Origin: Octopus sinensis
Taxonomy: Eukaryota
Direction of reading: 5' to 3'
Assembly (NCBI RefSeq): GCF_006345805.1
Contig: NC_043005.1
Span: 36,952,001 to 37,016,000 of the forward strand
DNA length: 64,000 nt
The position numbers and the translations under genes are program-made. This document shows positions 26,660 to 39,780 of this stretch, one piece after another (the stretch's first letter is position 1; each line of letters starts with the position of its first letter). The notes below the pieces were generated by a model that had not been told where the DNA came from, did no database searches, and saw only the letters and a list, made by a program, of their open reading frames with translations.

Positions 26660-27589
26660 TATATATAACAATCAGACAAAGAATGAAGAATTTTCACTTT
26701 GAGTAACTTTATTTACTGCCACGAACGTTCGAACGGCTTGAGGAACTGTTTTCTCGTTATACAACGACTTAGATGCATAATCACTGAGTTTACTAATCAA
26801 TTGATTAATGAATGTGTTAACCCTCAACTATTCTCTACAAGACTTAAAATTATTGACCTGTTATTCTCCGTGATTGCTGTACCAACTAATCTATTGCTGA
26901 ACAAAACTTTGAATTGATCGACCCTTATGTTTAACCTATATGGATTACTATAATCTTCTCTGAACATTCCACTGGCCAAATTTTATCACATTGAGTGTTG
27001 AATGAGATATTCGTCTGGATTTCTTCAACCGTCATTTCCCTTCCTTTTATGCACACACACACACACACACCCACATTCTTTATTTGTGAATTAAAGCTAC
27101 CATTGGTTTCATGTTAAGAAAAGTAAGAAAATATCCAAGGGTGTTAATTTTTTAAGCTAATCACATGGAGAAAGTTGTTCGCCTCCATTTTGGAAAACAC
27201 AGCCTCGTTTACTTCAGTGAGATTCTCGTGAATTCACGTGGATAGAACAATGAATCAATGAATCAAGAGACGTTTACTCTTGGGTGGAATCTTTTGGATG
27301 TTTGTCTCCCTTGTTTGTCTCCTTGTTTAGAGGGCAGCTGTTTGGGGATCTACAGTAACATTGTCTTTCGGGGTGTTTCTGGTTTGTTTATATCTATTGT
27401 GATTGAGTATTATTGACAACATATTGGGGAGGCAACTATAGCAAACTGTAACAATATTTCTGTTGAACATCATGATATTTGTGTGAATGTAGAAAGTGGC
27501 TGTCTATTAGTTTTAAATATTTCCTAACTATGTTAGTAGCTACATTTATGTTATAAGGTGGGTTAGCCATAAGATTTTCCTCTGTTCAA

Positions 27590-27715
27590 CTTTTCCTTTC
27601 ATCCTTTCAGGGTCGATAAATTAAATACCAGTTGCGTATTAGGGTCGACCTAATCGACTGGTCCCCTCAACACCAAATTCTGAGCCTTGTGCATAGGGTA
27701 GAAAAGTATATAAAT
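27590..27715 (+). mobile_element. 5'-truncated SINE A copy (tail type 2)
   Basis: CCTTTCATCCTTTCAGGGTCGATAAATTAAATACCAG core and GCCTTGTGCATAGGGTAGAAAAG tail. Confidence 0.8.
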
Positions 27716-29312
27716 ATATATATATGTATATGTATGTATGTATGTATATGTGTATATATGCATATTTATCTATCTATATACGTGTGTGTGTGTGTGCGTA
27801 AGTGCGTGTATGCATGTGTGTGTGTGTGTGTGTGTGTGTGTGACTATATTCACTATAAACAGCGACGAATTGATTCTCGCCGCTTATCGTGCATATTTGT
27901 TCGCTCAAGTTATTAACAAAAGCTACGAACTAGTATCAAATTCTAGGATCAAATTCTAGTATCTTTGGCTGACTAGTTACAACGATGTAAAAATGCTGGG
28001 TGTTCCAGAGTTCCCTTACACCAATGAATCGAGTGTGTTATGAATACACGTTCATTGTTTCCTATTGACGGAATACAATAGCAGTTCTAGTTCGAATCAG
28101 CTGGAATATATTAAGAATAAATATGCAAGTCATCGCACATCTGTCTATCTATCTTTCTCACTCAATGTGTGCCTCTTTCCCATGTGTGTGTGTGTGTGTG
28201 TGTGAATACAGGCAATCAGAGAGCGAGCAAGAGATTAACACACACACATAAGTTGTATGAACTCAGGAGAGACAGCGGCCATCCATTTACATAATATGCG
28301 TGTGTATCATTGTGATTGTGCATATGCGAAAACTCAGAAGTTTCTAGTTTGGTACCCAGTTGCGCAGTTAACCTACCAGGGTTTGTTTGGATTTGAGATT
28401 GCAGTGAAGGCAACTAACCCAAGGGACTAAGAACTGTAATAGGAAAGCCTGAGGTATATTATTCATTGAGTTTGTGGCAAATATTTGCACCAACTTTCTG
28501 CTATCAGCATTTCCTAAAAGTGCTACCTGTCAAATACAAACCTTCACCATAGCTCATCTATGTGGGTCACCTGGTTGCTATAATATCGGGTGTTAGAATG
28601 TCTTGCAGCGAAGCCGAAAGGAGAATCCACTAAATATACACTCGCTGCGCGTGGGGCGAGGAGCAGTGCTCATGACTCTTTGCCAGCCTTTCAGTACCAG
28701 TGAGTTAGTTATTGATATACCAGAAGAAAAGATGTACTGGAAGAAAACACCAAAAGGTCAGTATTCTAAGGTAGAGGGAGGACAGAGACGCAGAATATTA
28801 CTCCGAGCGGGGACTCGGAATTGACATAACATGAGTGGCCAGAAATTAAGAGAGGGACAAGGAGCTGAATGAGGCAAGATGCCTAACTGGTTGAAGTACG
28901 AACCCAGTCATCTCAGACGAATAGAGGCCATCTGTTTAAACCTCTGTTTTATAGAATAATTCTAAAGAGGTGAGATTTTGTGAAATTACGGCTTGTTTCG
29001 GTAAATGCGTTATTGCAATATTCTGTCTCATAATTGTCTAGAGCTGTTTGTTGTTGGTAATTATCTGGCGGTCAGTTGAGTGAACATCGATATTTCTCTA
29101 ACACAGTTGTGTGAATGTTTTAAGTGATAGTTGTAAATAAAAAAAAAAAAAGATAACTATAGCAAATGCATGGAGTTTTATTTTTCTTTCATCTCTGAAA
29201 CGATGTTGTTTTAAGCGCTACTTAAACATGAGTTATTTTGATGATTCTGAAATGTTCATTCATCCAACAACACTAAGTTACTGCATCAGGTGTCAAAACT
29301 AAACAAATAATT

Positions 29313-29343
<31 letters not shown>

Positions 29344-30454
29344 TTGTAAAATTGTCGTAAAATCACCAGACCTACCAGAAATGGAAACAGTTATCTCTCT
29401 CTCTCTCTCAAATCACATTCAAACATATTGGGAAAAAATTATACGAATAAAAAATATAATAAACACAGAGGACACATTGCATAATGCGGTCCAAGAAATA
29501 ATTACTTCTGAACAAAAAAAAAAAGAGCGTGGATTAGTGATGGTTGAAATGCTTTTGATCATAGGCGTCTCCTTGATCATAAGTGACGTGGGGACTAAAC
29601 AACAACAACAAAATATGGATGTCACCAACTTGCAATGCTTCACCACCAAAGACACGCAAGAGTGAGTTTTACCAATTGTATATAATATTTACCAGTTGTC
29701 TATATTTGAGTTGTGCAGATGAATTTCAGAGATAAATTCTGAAGACAGTCGTATAAAATTCAATTAATCGTCCGTAAGAAAAAAGTGAGAAATATTTTTT
29801 CTTACGTTTATCAAGAAATCATGAAAAGCAAGTTATATTTTTTAAAACATACTTCATTCTGCTGATTTTATTTATCTGTTCTGTTACTGTTAACAAGTGG
29901 TACCACAATTCAATTGCCTGATGTCATTTTTATGACAGCAATCAAGTTGTAGGAAAAACAAACCATGGATCGAATATTTATGCTCTTAGGAAACTAGAAT
30001 TAATTGATGTGGTATCTAAATGGAATAATAAATTATATCTTACTCTTCATTATTCAAAGCATTAGATAGTATTCATTTTCAAGGCAGAACTGTAAGAATA
30101 TCGACCTTGCGGTATTTATTCCGGTTCTTTGTGTTCTGAGTTCAAATCCTACCACTGCCTACTTGCTCTGCTGTCCGAATTAACATGACTAATTGACACC
30201 GTAGGCGCCTTTAGCCGAACTGACTTTGATGGAAGCATCCAGACCAGCTCTCTAGTTTGAGGATAACTTCATTCCTCTCATGGTTCTCGGAGGTCCCTTG
30301 AAAGATCAGTAACACTTCCATACTTCCTGACTCACAGATTAAAAAATTTACACTTTCTCGCAAAAATTATAACTACAATAAATAGATCAGCTTTGTTCTC
30401 TAACGGAGTAAATACAACATGGTAAGAAACTCTTAACTGGAAACTTATTTTGCA

Positions 30455-31684
30455 TTAGGCTGTCAAGAAAGCTCTTGCGGTTTTTAACCTTTAAATTCAG
30501 ATGCTCATATCACGGCTCAAACAAAACTTTCTTAATCAAAATAAACACCATCAGAATCAACACATTTTTGCCAACGCGAAATAAGTTTATTTAAGCCAGT
30601 AGCGTATAAATCCTGCGTTCTGATGACGATGAAGTCGTTGAAGGCATGTTTGGCATCGTCTTGGTTTTTGAAGCATTTCTCACGCAGGAAGTTGTCGAGA
30701 TGCTTGAAAAAGTGGTAGTCAGTAGGCAAGAGATCTGGTGCGTATGACTGATGAGGCAGAGCTTCGTAGCACAATTCGTTCAACTTCTGCAGGGTCAGTT
30801 GTGCGACATGCAGCCGGGCGTTGTCGTAGAGAAGAATTGGTCCTTTTCTATTGACCAATGCTGGTTGTTGTTGTCGGAGTTTCTTATGCATTTTATCCAT
30901 TTCCTGACAGCACTTCTCCGCCGTAATGGTTTCGCCAAAAAGCTGTGCTGGATGAGACCAACAGCAGACCACCAAACAGTTCTTTTAGTGCAACTTTGGT
31001 TTCGGGAAGTGCCGTGGAGCTTTGTCGGTGTCCAGCCACTGAGTTGAACGTCGCCGGTTGTCGTAAAGAATCCACTTTTCATTGCAAGTCACAACCCGGA
31101 CGAGAAACGGGTCGTTCTTGTTGCGTAAAAGAAGGGAAGACGACACTTCAAAACGGCGTTTTTGGTTGTCGTTCAGTTCGTGCGGCACCCATTTCTCAAG
31201 TATTTTTTATTTTACCAATCTTTTTCAAATGGTTGGAAATTGTCGTATACGTTATGTCTAATTCAGAAGCAAGCTCTCGAACAGTTGTACGTGGATTGGC
31301 TTCGACTAAGGCACTTAGTTGACCGTTGTCAACATCCAATGGCCGACCACTACGCTTATCATTTTCAAGACTCTCGTCATCGCTCCGAAATTTCTTGAAC
31401 CACCATTGTGCTGTACGTTCATTAGTGGTTCCTGAGCCAAACGTATCGCTGACATCGCGAGCTGTTTCAGCAGTTTTGCGGCCTAGCTTGAACTGGAAAA
31501 AGAAAATTGTGTGAATTTGTTTTTTGTCCATGGCCTAATTATTTAAAAATGAAAAGAGTAACAAGATTAGATAGAGCGAAAAACGGGCTTTAAAATGATA
31601 TATAAAGTCAAAGTAATTTAACGAATTAAAACGAGAATTAAAACGAAAATTAAAAACTTTGCAAAAACTTTCTTGACAACCTAA
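30455..31684 (-). mobile_element. Near full-length mariner (cecropia/Hsmar1-like) DNA transposon with inactivated transposase
   Basis: TIRs are TTAGGCTGTCAAGAAAGCTCTTGCGG (30455) and reverse-complement TTAGGTTGTCAAGAAAGTTTTTGC (ending 31684, followed by TA). The transposase (31531 to 30532) has an HTH N-terminus, WVPHEL, TCNEKW, LLYDNAR and YAPDLLPTDY with D34D spacing. It carries a +1 frameshift near 31200, a nonsense codon at 30985-30987 and small deletions, and the first catalytic D reads N. Confidence 0.95.
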
Positions 31685-32369
31685 TAATTGGCCCCAAATT
31701 CCATTATATAGGTGAATGACTATCGTAAAACCGTACTTAATTCTTATGTTCTTAATCTTTTAAATCCATAGGTTCGCTTTAGTGGTGTATTTTCGTTTGG
31801 CCATACTTCTGGAAGGCGCAAAATAACGATGTCTGCCAATTACTGTGGCGTAAACACAAAATCGTGTGGCCGCCAATTTTTGTGTCTTCTGGAGGATATT
31901 CTGAGGGATATACTCAGTCGAAATCGCTCCTGGTAAAGTGTTTGAAAGTGTTAATGATATGTTTTCAGTTACATGTGTTAAGCAATTATTCAGTGGTCAG
32001 ATATTGAAACAAATGAATCTTCAACGTCGAAAGCGATGGAATTTCATTCATTTTATTGTTGTTATGGCAAGTTTTGTCCGGTCAGATCATTTTGAAATGA
32101 CACTGACCACTAAGCAATAATTAGACATCGTGTAGATTTTGATAAAAAGTATCCAAGTCGTATATTATTCATGTTACTCGTTGAATATAATCACTCATTA
32201 CATAATGTAGCTGCATGCATAATCTAGAGGTCCTCGTATTTCTGACGTAATTCTCGGCCAGACTCAACGGGATATTATGCATGACAATGTTCATACCCTA
32301 AATTATTGAGACAGTCCCTCCTATATGATTTCAATGGTTTAACCATTTAGTTAATTCCATCGACAACGC

Positions 32370-32490
32370 TTAGTCGACCCAGATTACAGCAGAAAAAAAC
32401 TTACCCAAGGTACCAACGAATGAGATCGAACTCAGGAACTTATGATAGTTAAACTAACTTCTTTACCATTCAGTCATGCTTGTACCCGCT
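32370..32490 (-). mobile_element. SINE family B 5' fragment
   Basis: CTTACCCAAGGTACC..GAGATCGAACTC..CTTCTTTACCATTCAGTCATGCTTGTACC is the complement of the family B head. Confidence 0.6.
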
Positions 32491-32614
32491 AGCAAGGCAG
32501 TTTGACGTATGAGTTCGTCAAGGCTTTGATCTTCTATATTTAACCGCCTCTCTATCACCTAGAATGAATCCTCAAGAGAGGTTTTACTTCTGTAATATTT
32601 TCTTTCTCATTTAA

Positions 32615-33545
32615 GCATAAGGGCAGCAATTTTGAGAGAAATGAGCTTGTCAATTACATCGGCCATCAGTGCTCATCGACCCTGAAATGCAAAGTCGATC
32701 TCAGTGTAATTTGAACTCAGAACGTAAAGTGTTATAAGAAATGCCGCTAAGAATTTTATCCAGCGGGCTAACGACTCTGCCAGCTATCTATATTTTTTTA
32801 GATACATAATAAGATATTCTGTCATAACAATGACGTGTTCCGACAGTTCAAGTTTCAGAAAGACTTGAATGCTTACATCAGATATGTTTCAAATTTGGGT
32901 ACACAGTCAGCAATTTTTAGGGAAAGATTAAGTCGATAGCATCAGCCCAAGCAATCAACTACTGCATGTTTTATCGATCACGAAGGCGGGAGGGTGAAAC
33001 GCAAAATGAACCTCGTTGGAATTAGAACTCTGAACGTAAAGAACTTGAAGAAATATCACGAAACATTTCATCCGGCGAGCTAACAATTCTGCCTGCTTAC
33101 TGCCACTTTTTAGTGATATAATAATGAGATCTGCTGTCATAATGACGATGTGTTTTAACAGTTGATGCTCAAGTTGTTGACTTCAGGAAGATTTGAATGC
33201 ATACATAACATATTAGTTTCAAATTTTGGCACAACGTCAGCAATTTTGGAGGAAGGATTGGGTCGATTCCATCGACTCCAGTGATCAACAGGTACTTGTT
33301 TTATCAACCTCCGAAAGAATGAAAGGCAATGTCGACCTCGATGGAATTTGAACTTGGAAGGTAAAGAACTGGAATAAATGCCGGTAAGCATTATGTCCAG
33401 CGTGCTAACGATTCTGCCAGCTCGCTGCCTGTTTTTAGTTATATAATAGTGAGATATGCTGTCATAATAACGAGGTGTTCCAACAGTCGAAGGTCAACCT
33501 ATTGACTTCAGGAAGTCTTGAATGTATACATAAAATATTGACATA
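32615..33545 (-). repeat. Tandem triplication of a ~310-330-bp unit (SINE A plus non-SINE spacer)
   Basis: Three SINE A copies, each followed by a homologous spacer (TTTTTAG..CTGTCATAA..GTGTT..TTCAG(G)AAG..TTGAATG..TACAT) at ~32790, ~33105 and ~33430. Confidence 0.85.
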
Positions 33546-33689
33546 ACCGTTACCTATCACTATGTATGTGCTGTGTTTAATTCGTTTAAATATTTATTTT
33601 CTGTGGAGAACAGTTATTTTTTTTTGTATTTTATTTTCATTTTTATTTGGTAATAATTGAAATGTCTTCGATTAATGTTTACACTAGAC

Positions 33690-33928
33690 TACACACAGAC
33701 ACACACACACACACACACACACCTGTACATATATAGGTGCAAACATACTTATGCAAGCGCACACACATAGATATACATTTATACACAATTATACATACAC
33801 ATATCTGTATTTGTATATACTGTGTGCGTGTAGGTATGTACTTCTGTATGTATATGTTTGCGTGTACATGTATATATATATATGTATATATATATATGTA
33901 TGTATATGTATATATATATATATGTATG

Positions 33929-33990
<62 letters not shown>

Positions 33991-34020
33991 CATGTATGTA
34001 TGTATGCATATATACAGACA
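33690..34020. repeat. Compound (CA)n/(TA)n/(TATG)n/(TG)n microsatellite
   Basis: Directly visible. Confidence 0.9.
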
Positions 34021-34499
34021 CTGTCTATATGTAGCAGTATAGTCATGCAATTACTCACATTCTCAAACACTCAAGTGTGTATTCGTGTATTTAGCTATGT
34101 GTATATACAAACACAACATCACACACATATTTACCTACGTACATACATATAACATGGCGCCTTTAACATTAAACACGTTAGCATAGAGGACAGTTCAAAC
34201 AAATGCTTTAATATTTTCTTTAAATTTTCTGCCCTTAAGGTGGCTTCCTTCGTAACTGTTTTTACTCATATAGGAAGAGGACAAAAAATGTTGTTGTTTT
34301 TTTTTTCTGGGAAGCTTTACATTCTAGTGTGTGTTTAAGGAAAGTATATCTTAATATTTGAATTAATCATTGCGACGATGATAACTAAGATCCATGGCAT
34401 TAACAGAAATACTGTAGAAAGCCTACATTAAGTGCGTGAGGACGATCCAGATGAAGTGCTGATTGGACAGGAATGGGCCTAAATGACAGAATATTGCTT

Positions 34500-35345
34500 T
34501 CAAGTTTTGACACAAGGTCAGCAATTTTGAGGAAAAGATAAGTCGATTATATCGATCCTCGTAATAATTCTTATCTTGGCGGGCAAAAGTCTAGCAATTT
34601 GATGATAGGAGCAATTCAATTACATCCGAAAAGATAAAAGCGTAAGTCGACCTCGGCAGTATTTGAACTCGGAATGCAAAGAGTCGGAAGAAATACTGCT
34701 AAATATTTTGACAGCGCGGTAACGACTCTACTACCTCGCCGCTTCATTCTTTTTTACTCTAGGCCCTAGGCCCAAAATTTAGGGAGAGGGGGACAATCGA
34801 TTAAATCGACTCCAGTACGTAATTGGTATTTAATTTATAGATTCTGAAAGGATGAAAAGCAAAGTCGACCTCGGCGGAATTTGAACTCAGAAGGAAAAGA
34901 CAGACGAAATATCTATTTCTTTACTACCCACGAGCGGCTAAACACAGAAAGGACAAACAAGGACGGACAAACGGATTAAGTCGATTACATCAACTTCAGT
35001 GCGTAACTGGTACTTAATTTATCGATTCCGAAAGGATGAATGGCAAAGTCGACCTCGGCGGAATTTGAACTCAGAACGTAACGGCAGACGAAATACGGCT
35101 ACGCATTTCGACCGGCGTGCTAACGTTTCTACCAGCTCACCGCCTAATTATATCTATGCAGAACGCCTATTTTGGGGAAGGTGGTCAGTCAGTTACATCG
35201 CCCCCACAGTTTGACTGGTTGCTTATTTCATCAAGCCCGAAAGAAAGAAAAGCAAATTTCACAACGGCACGATTTAAACTCAAATTATCAGCCGGAAAAA
35301 AATGCTGCAAAGTATTTTTCCAACTTACTAGTTACTAACGGCATT
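34500..35345 (-). mobile_element. Cluster of four SINE A copies including dimer 34752-35144
   Basis: Four cores in the minus orientation. The junction GACGAAATA|TCTATTTCT lies at 34911/34912. Confidence 0.9.
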
Positions 35346-35630
35346 TTCTTTATTTACGGCAATGTTATAGGATTAGATCACAAATAATAATAATTTGTAG
35401 GACGCAAAAATGGTCGTAGTTAATTTTAGTGACTCCATTACCAAGCTGTTATATTATCTCATGATGAAACTCGAACCCAGAACAAAGAAGACATCTAACG
35501 CTATATTGTGAGACTCAAGTAGACAATAATCTGTAGATAACCGTCTACAACTATTTATACATTGTCCTTGTTTCAAAAACATAGTATATATTTTCTTATA
35601 TTAGAAAACAATTTTATCGTTTGACTGAAA

Positions 35631-35757
35631 AGACGGCGAGCTGGCAGAAATGTTAGCACGCCGGGCGAAATCTTTTCTACTCTAGGCACAAGGCCCGAAA
35701 TTTTGGGGGAGGAGGCCAGTTCATTAGATCGACACCAGTACGAAACTGGTACTTAAT
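35631..35757. mobile_element. SINE A head (+, 35631-35671) fused to a minus-oriented SINE A tail (35672-35757)
   Basis: GACGGCGAGCTGGCAGAAATGTTAGCACGCCGGGCGAAAT directly abuts CTTTTCTACTCTAGGCACAAGGCCCGAAATTTTGG. Confidence 0.85.
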
Positions 35758-36013
35758 ATGTATACATATATATGTATATGTATATATATTTATATATATA
35801 TAGACACATATATATACACATATATGAATACCACATCATCACGTGACCGATCAGGCTATCAGATATTGTTACACATCGCATTGCGTATTTGCACTGTTTT
35901 AGCCTATATAGTATATACATATCAATATTATCAATATATATATATATATATACACATACATAGCGTATATACTATATATAGGGTATATATGTTATATATA
36001 TTTAATATTTATA

Positions 36014-36050
<37 letters not shown>

Positions 36051-39000
36051 ATATGTATGTATTTGTATATTGTAAATATGCTATATGTATAATACATATG
36101 CTATTTGTGTGTGTGTGTGAATAGCTAGAGAGATGAAAATAATATTCAATTTTATCTGAAAAGATCAGCATGAAAAATGTGTTATGATTTTCTTTCCCCA
36201 ATTTTCTCCTATTTTCCCATTCTTGTTTGCTCTTTTCTTTTCAGTTTCAATTGGTTTCTACTTTTTAATAAGGTACATTCTATTTATATCATTCATATAC
36301 TAAAATATCTTATTAAATTCATGATCGATCATAGTCTTGTGTGCTCTTGCTTCCGGATAGACGTCTCCGATTTGTAGACTTTCTTGATGAAATTTCTTTA
36401 ATTGACGTCTGACGACTGTCTCTCTTTAGGCAACTTTTTTTTTACATATTGTTTATCTCCTGTCAACGTATAGTTTATATTTCGTAAATGATACCTATTG
36501 GTTGTGTTTGTGTCTATATATTCAACTGTTACAAGTTGTCTTAGAATTCATAGTTTCATCAAACTTTGTGCCCAGTCATTATAGAACCAATATCTCTAGG
36601 CTAATATATAACTAACCCTTATGAATCTGGTTAAAAGCTTAATCCATTTAATTGAGTCAATTTTTAGCAGAAACATTCGTCAAGATATTACCGAATTGGC
36701 CGTTAAATCATGTCACCTTCTAGTCAATATGTATATGCAATATTACTTTAGGAGATATCTAAAGTGTATCTTTATGCAGTCAATATCTCGAGGTTGTCTA
36801 CTCAGCATCTACAGCGTTTTTCCTATTCAGCGTCTACAAACCATCGCTTCATATTCTTCTTTATTTATCTCCCCTATCTACTCTCTTTTACTTGAGATAA
36901 CGTCAACATAGAGTTATCTAAATAGATCATGTCTATTGTAGACGATACTAATTAACTCCTACTAACTGTCTCTCTAGTCCAGATTTACTGCGGGTGTCTA
37001 TCGAGTTATCTTATTGATATCTCTATCATGTCAGTAGCTACTGATACTGTCTGTTTACTAAACATCTATAAAATCTGTTTATCAGGTCAAAACACTATTC
37101 AAAAGCCCCATCATGTTGTGGACAGTCTTTTATGCGTGAATAAAATAATTAAAATAGAAAATAGGCTTTGAGTTTTTGGAAGCACCACCAAACAACCTTA
37201 GTGCCTAGAATACGAAATGATTGATCGAATTCATGAATGTGGTGTTTGATAGAAATTTATTCAGGGTTTGATGTAGTCAGCTGTTTATTGATGTTTGGGA
37301 GTGGGGGAGAGCTGGAGCAAGATTGTTATGTTGGCAAACAGTAAGAGAATGTTATATCAAAGTTAGGTTGTTGCTGACTGCCTCTTTCTATGAGATTTTT
37401 CGAAAATATTTCTGAACAAAGGAATAGAAACCGAAATCTGAAAGGTCTTATGCGTCATTTCCTCTTTTGGTTATTTATTAGTAAAATATGAAGAGAAATA
37501 AATATAAAAAGAAGAAAAATAGCAACTCAGTTATGAAGCAAGAAAATAGGAATAAGTTCAAAAGACAGTCTGAATATTTTGATGTGAGACAAAATTAAAA
37601 ACTGAAAATAAAGAAAATATTGGTGAAGAATATTTTATTTCATTTTTGCATCTGTTTATTTTTTTGTTTATTTATTCATTAATTCTGAGATGAATCGATT
37701 TAAAATTTTGATATCAGATAATAGTCAATCGATTAGTCCCTTAACCTCTAGCAAATTGATAGTACCCCACCGATCAGGTTTAATCATTATACTTCTTGTA
37801 GTTTTAGCTATTTCTATGCCCAAGTCTCGCTCTAAAATATTTAACTGAAAGTTGCGAAGTTATTTCGGTACATCACTTTGCATCTGATTCTTGTCTACCA
37901 GTCAGCCTATCAGCTGATCATACACACATACTAGGTCAAGTACGGATTTCTTGAACTCGAAGGAATGAAAAGTGAAACTTACCAAAGTTAAAATCAGAAT
38001 CATTATATTATTCACATAAACCTGTCAGTACCCTTTGATAAATAAGATGAAGTTAAATCATTTGAAATTATATATTGTCGTTTTTTTTTACACAAAGTTC
38101 CAGAATTAGACATAGCTAAGTAGATTCGTGGCAGAAGCAACGGTCTTATGCGCAAAAGTATTACAATATTGATTCTGAGATTCGAAGAAGCTCATTAAAT
38201 ACTTAGCGTTTGGTATTTAGGTTTAAGAGCCACGTAAACTATTTGATTATATTAATGTCTGAATATAACTGAATGATATCCATGGGAATAATTGCGCAGT
38301 TGGTGGGAGGACGGTCCACTCCTAGTGATGCTTGTATGGGGTCGGCACTTTTGAATCTGCTGTATAAATCATGTATGAACTTGGGAGCCCAGGGCGGAAA
38401 ATCTTGGGAGCCTTGGTCAGCACACACATTATACCACTGCCAAAAAATCTGAGGCAAGAAATTTCAGTCCAAGTTGGATTATCTCCCTTATGACTACGAA
38501 GTATAGTGAGAGATGTACTCATCAAGAAGTCGTGTCAAATCCGTTTCTTCAGGCCAATACAAAACAAGTTCTGTATCCTGTTGTTGAGCCCATGTCTGCT
38601 TTTGCCAAGGCTGTGTAGTTACTATCATCGTAGCCGTTCTTTTACATTAAATGTTTCGCTGCTAGCTATCCACATTAGCGAGCAATCAATTTTGTCATTG
38701 ATATCCATTAAGTGTTAATAGTTGTTTACTTCTATAACAACCAACTCATTATTTTCCTTTCACCTTATAGGTTTAATCTCAAGAGAAATTATATAAATTC
38801 TCATTAACTCTTGATATTCGTCATGATGAATACAGCAGAAATATACACATTGATTTTTGAAGCAATTTTCATATCTCCATTAAACACAATACATATATAC
38901 ATACCATTAGACGTAGTATTAAATTAAACAGAGTATTATATAATATTATAACACATTAGGACTCTGTGCCTCGGCCACTTTCTATAGAAATTCATAACTG

Positions 39001-39558
39001 ATGAACTTTGATTAATTGGCTGTTCTTAAAATTTTGTGAGTCATAAACGAGGTTTGCCGTTTCAATAACTTCGATGATAATCTTACCAATGATATTTCTC
39101 TCCTCTTCAATATCATAAGGTGAGATTTAAGTTCGCCGACATAAGACCAATCAATTAAGAAGTGCTTTTAACTTACAGTGATGAATTTTACCGCCTCATT
39201 GTACTTATCTACAGATAGATGATTGAAAAGCGGAAGGAAGACTTGTTAAAGCTAGATAACTTTCAGTAGATGCACCAAGAAGCGAATGAGAGTAAACAAG
39301 CTTAAATCCAAATCAAATATGTCTGAGAGATGTTTGAGTATGTAAAAGTGTTTGTCATAGCGGAAAATATTCTTGCCTTTGTCTTAAGCGAGATCTTTTC
39401 TTCCATCATATAAACTGTAGTGGTTCAAATATCTCTCAAACTGGCATTATGGTTGCTTAGACATCTTCGATTCAGATAAAATAAAGAGTTAGTTAAGAAT
39501 GCGAACGACACCGTTTCATCTATTAATTCGATGACACTTTTATCGTACATGTGAGATA

Positions 39559-39780
39559 AAGGCGGCAAACTGGCAAGATCTTTAGCGCGCCGGACGAAAC
39601 GTTTAGCTGCGTTTCGCCCATCTTTACGTTCAGAGTTCAAATTCCGCCGTATTCATCTTTACCTTTCATCCCTTTCGGGGTCGATGAAATAGGTACCAGC
39701 TAAGCACTAGGATCGATGTAATCGACTAACCACCCCGCCATCCAAGAAAAATTCATTCCTTGTGCATATAGTAGAAAGGA
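39559..39780 (+). mobile_element. Full-length SINE A copy (tail type 2)
   Basis: AAGGCGGCAAACTGGCAAG head, GAGTTCAAATTCC B box and CCTTTCATCCTTTCGGGGTCGATG core. Confidence 0.85.

Noticed and set aside
28600-28900. GC-richer ORF (MYWKKTPKGQYSKVEGGQRRRIL), possible RTE C-terminus
   Set aside because: The resemblance is too weak to assign.
30165-30420. Tc1-like HTH remnant on the minus strand (GSVTDLSR..PSKSVR), and a WPYF..WPP fragment at ~31790-31900 on the plus strand
   Set aside because: Only a few scattered residues match, the two pieces are in opposite orientations, and no TIRs were found. Not supportable without a search.
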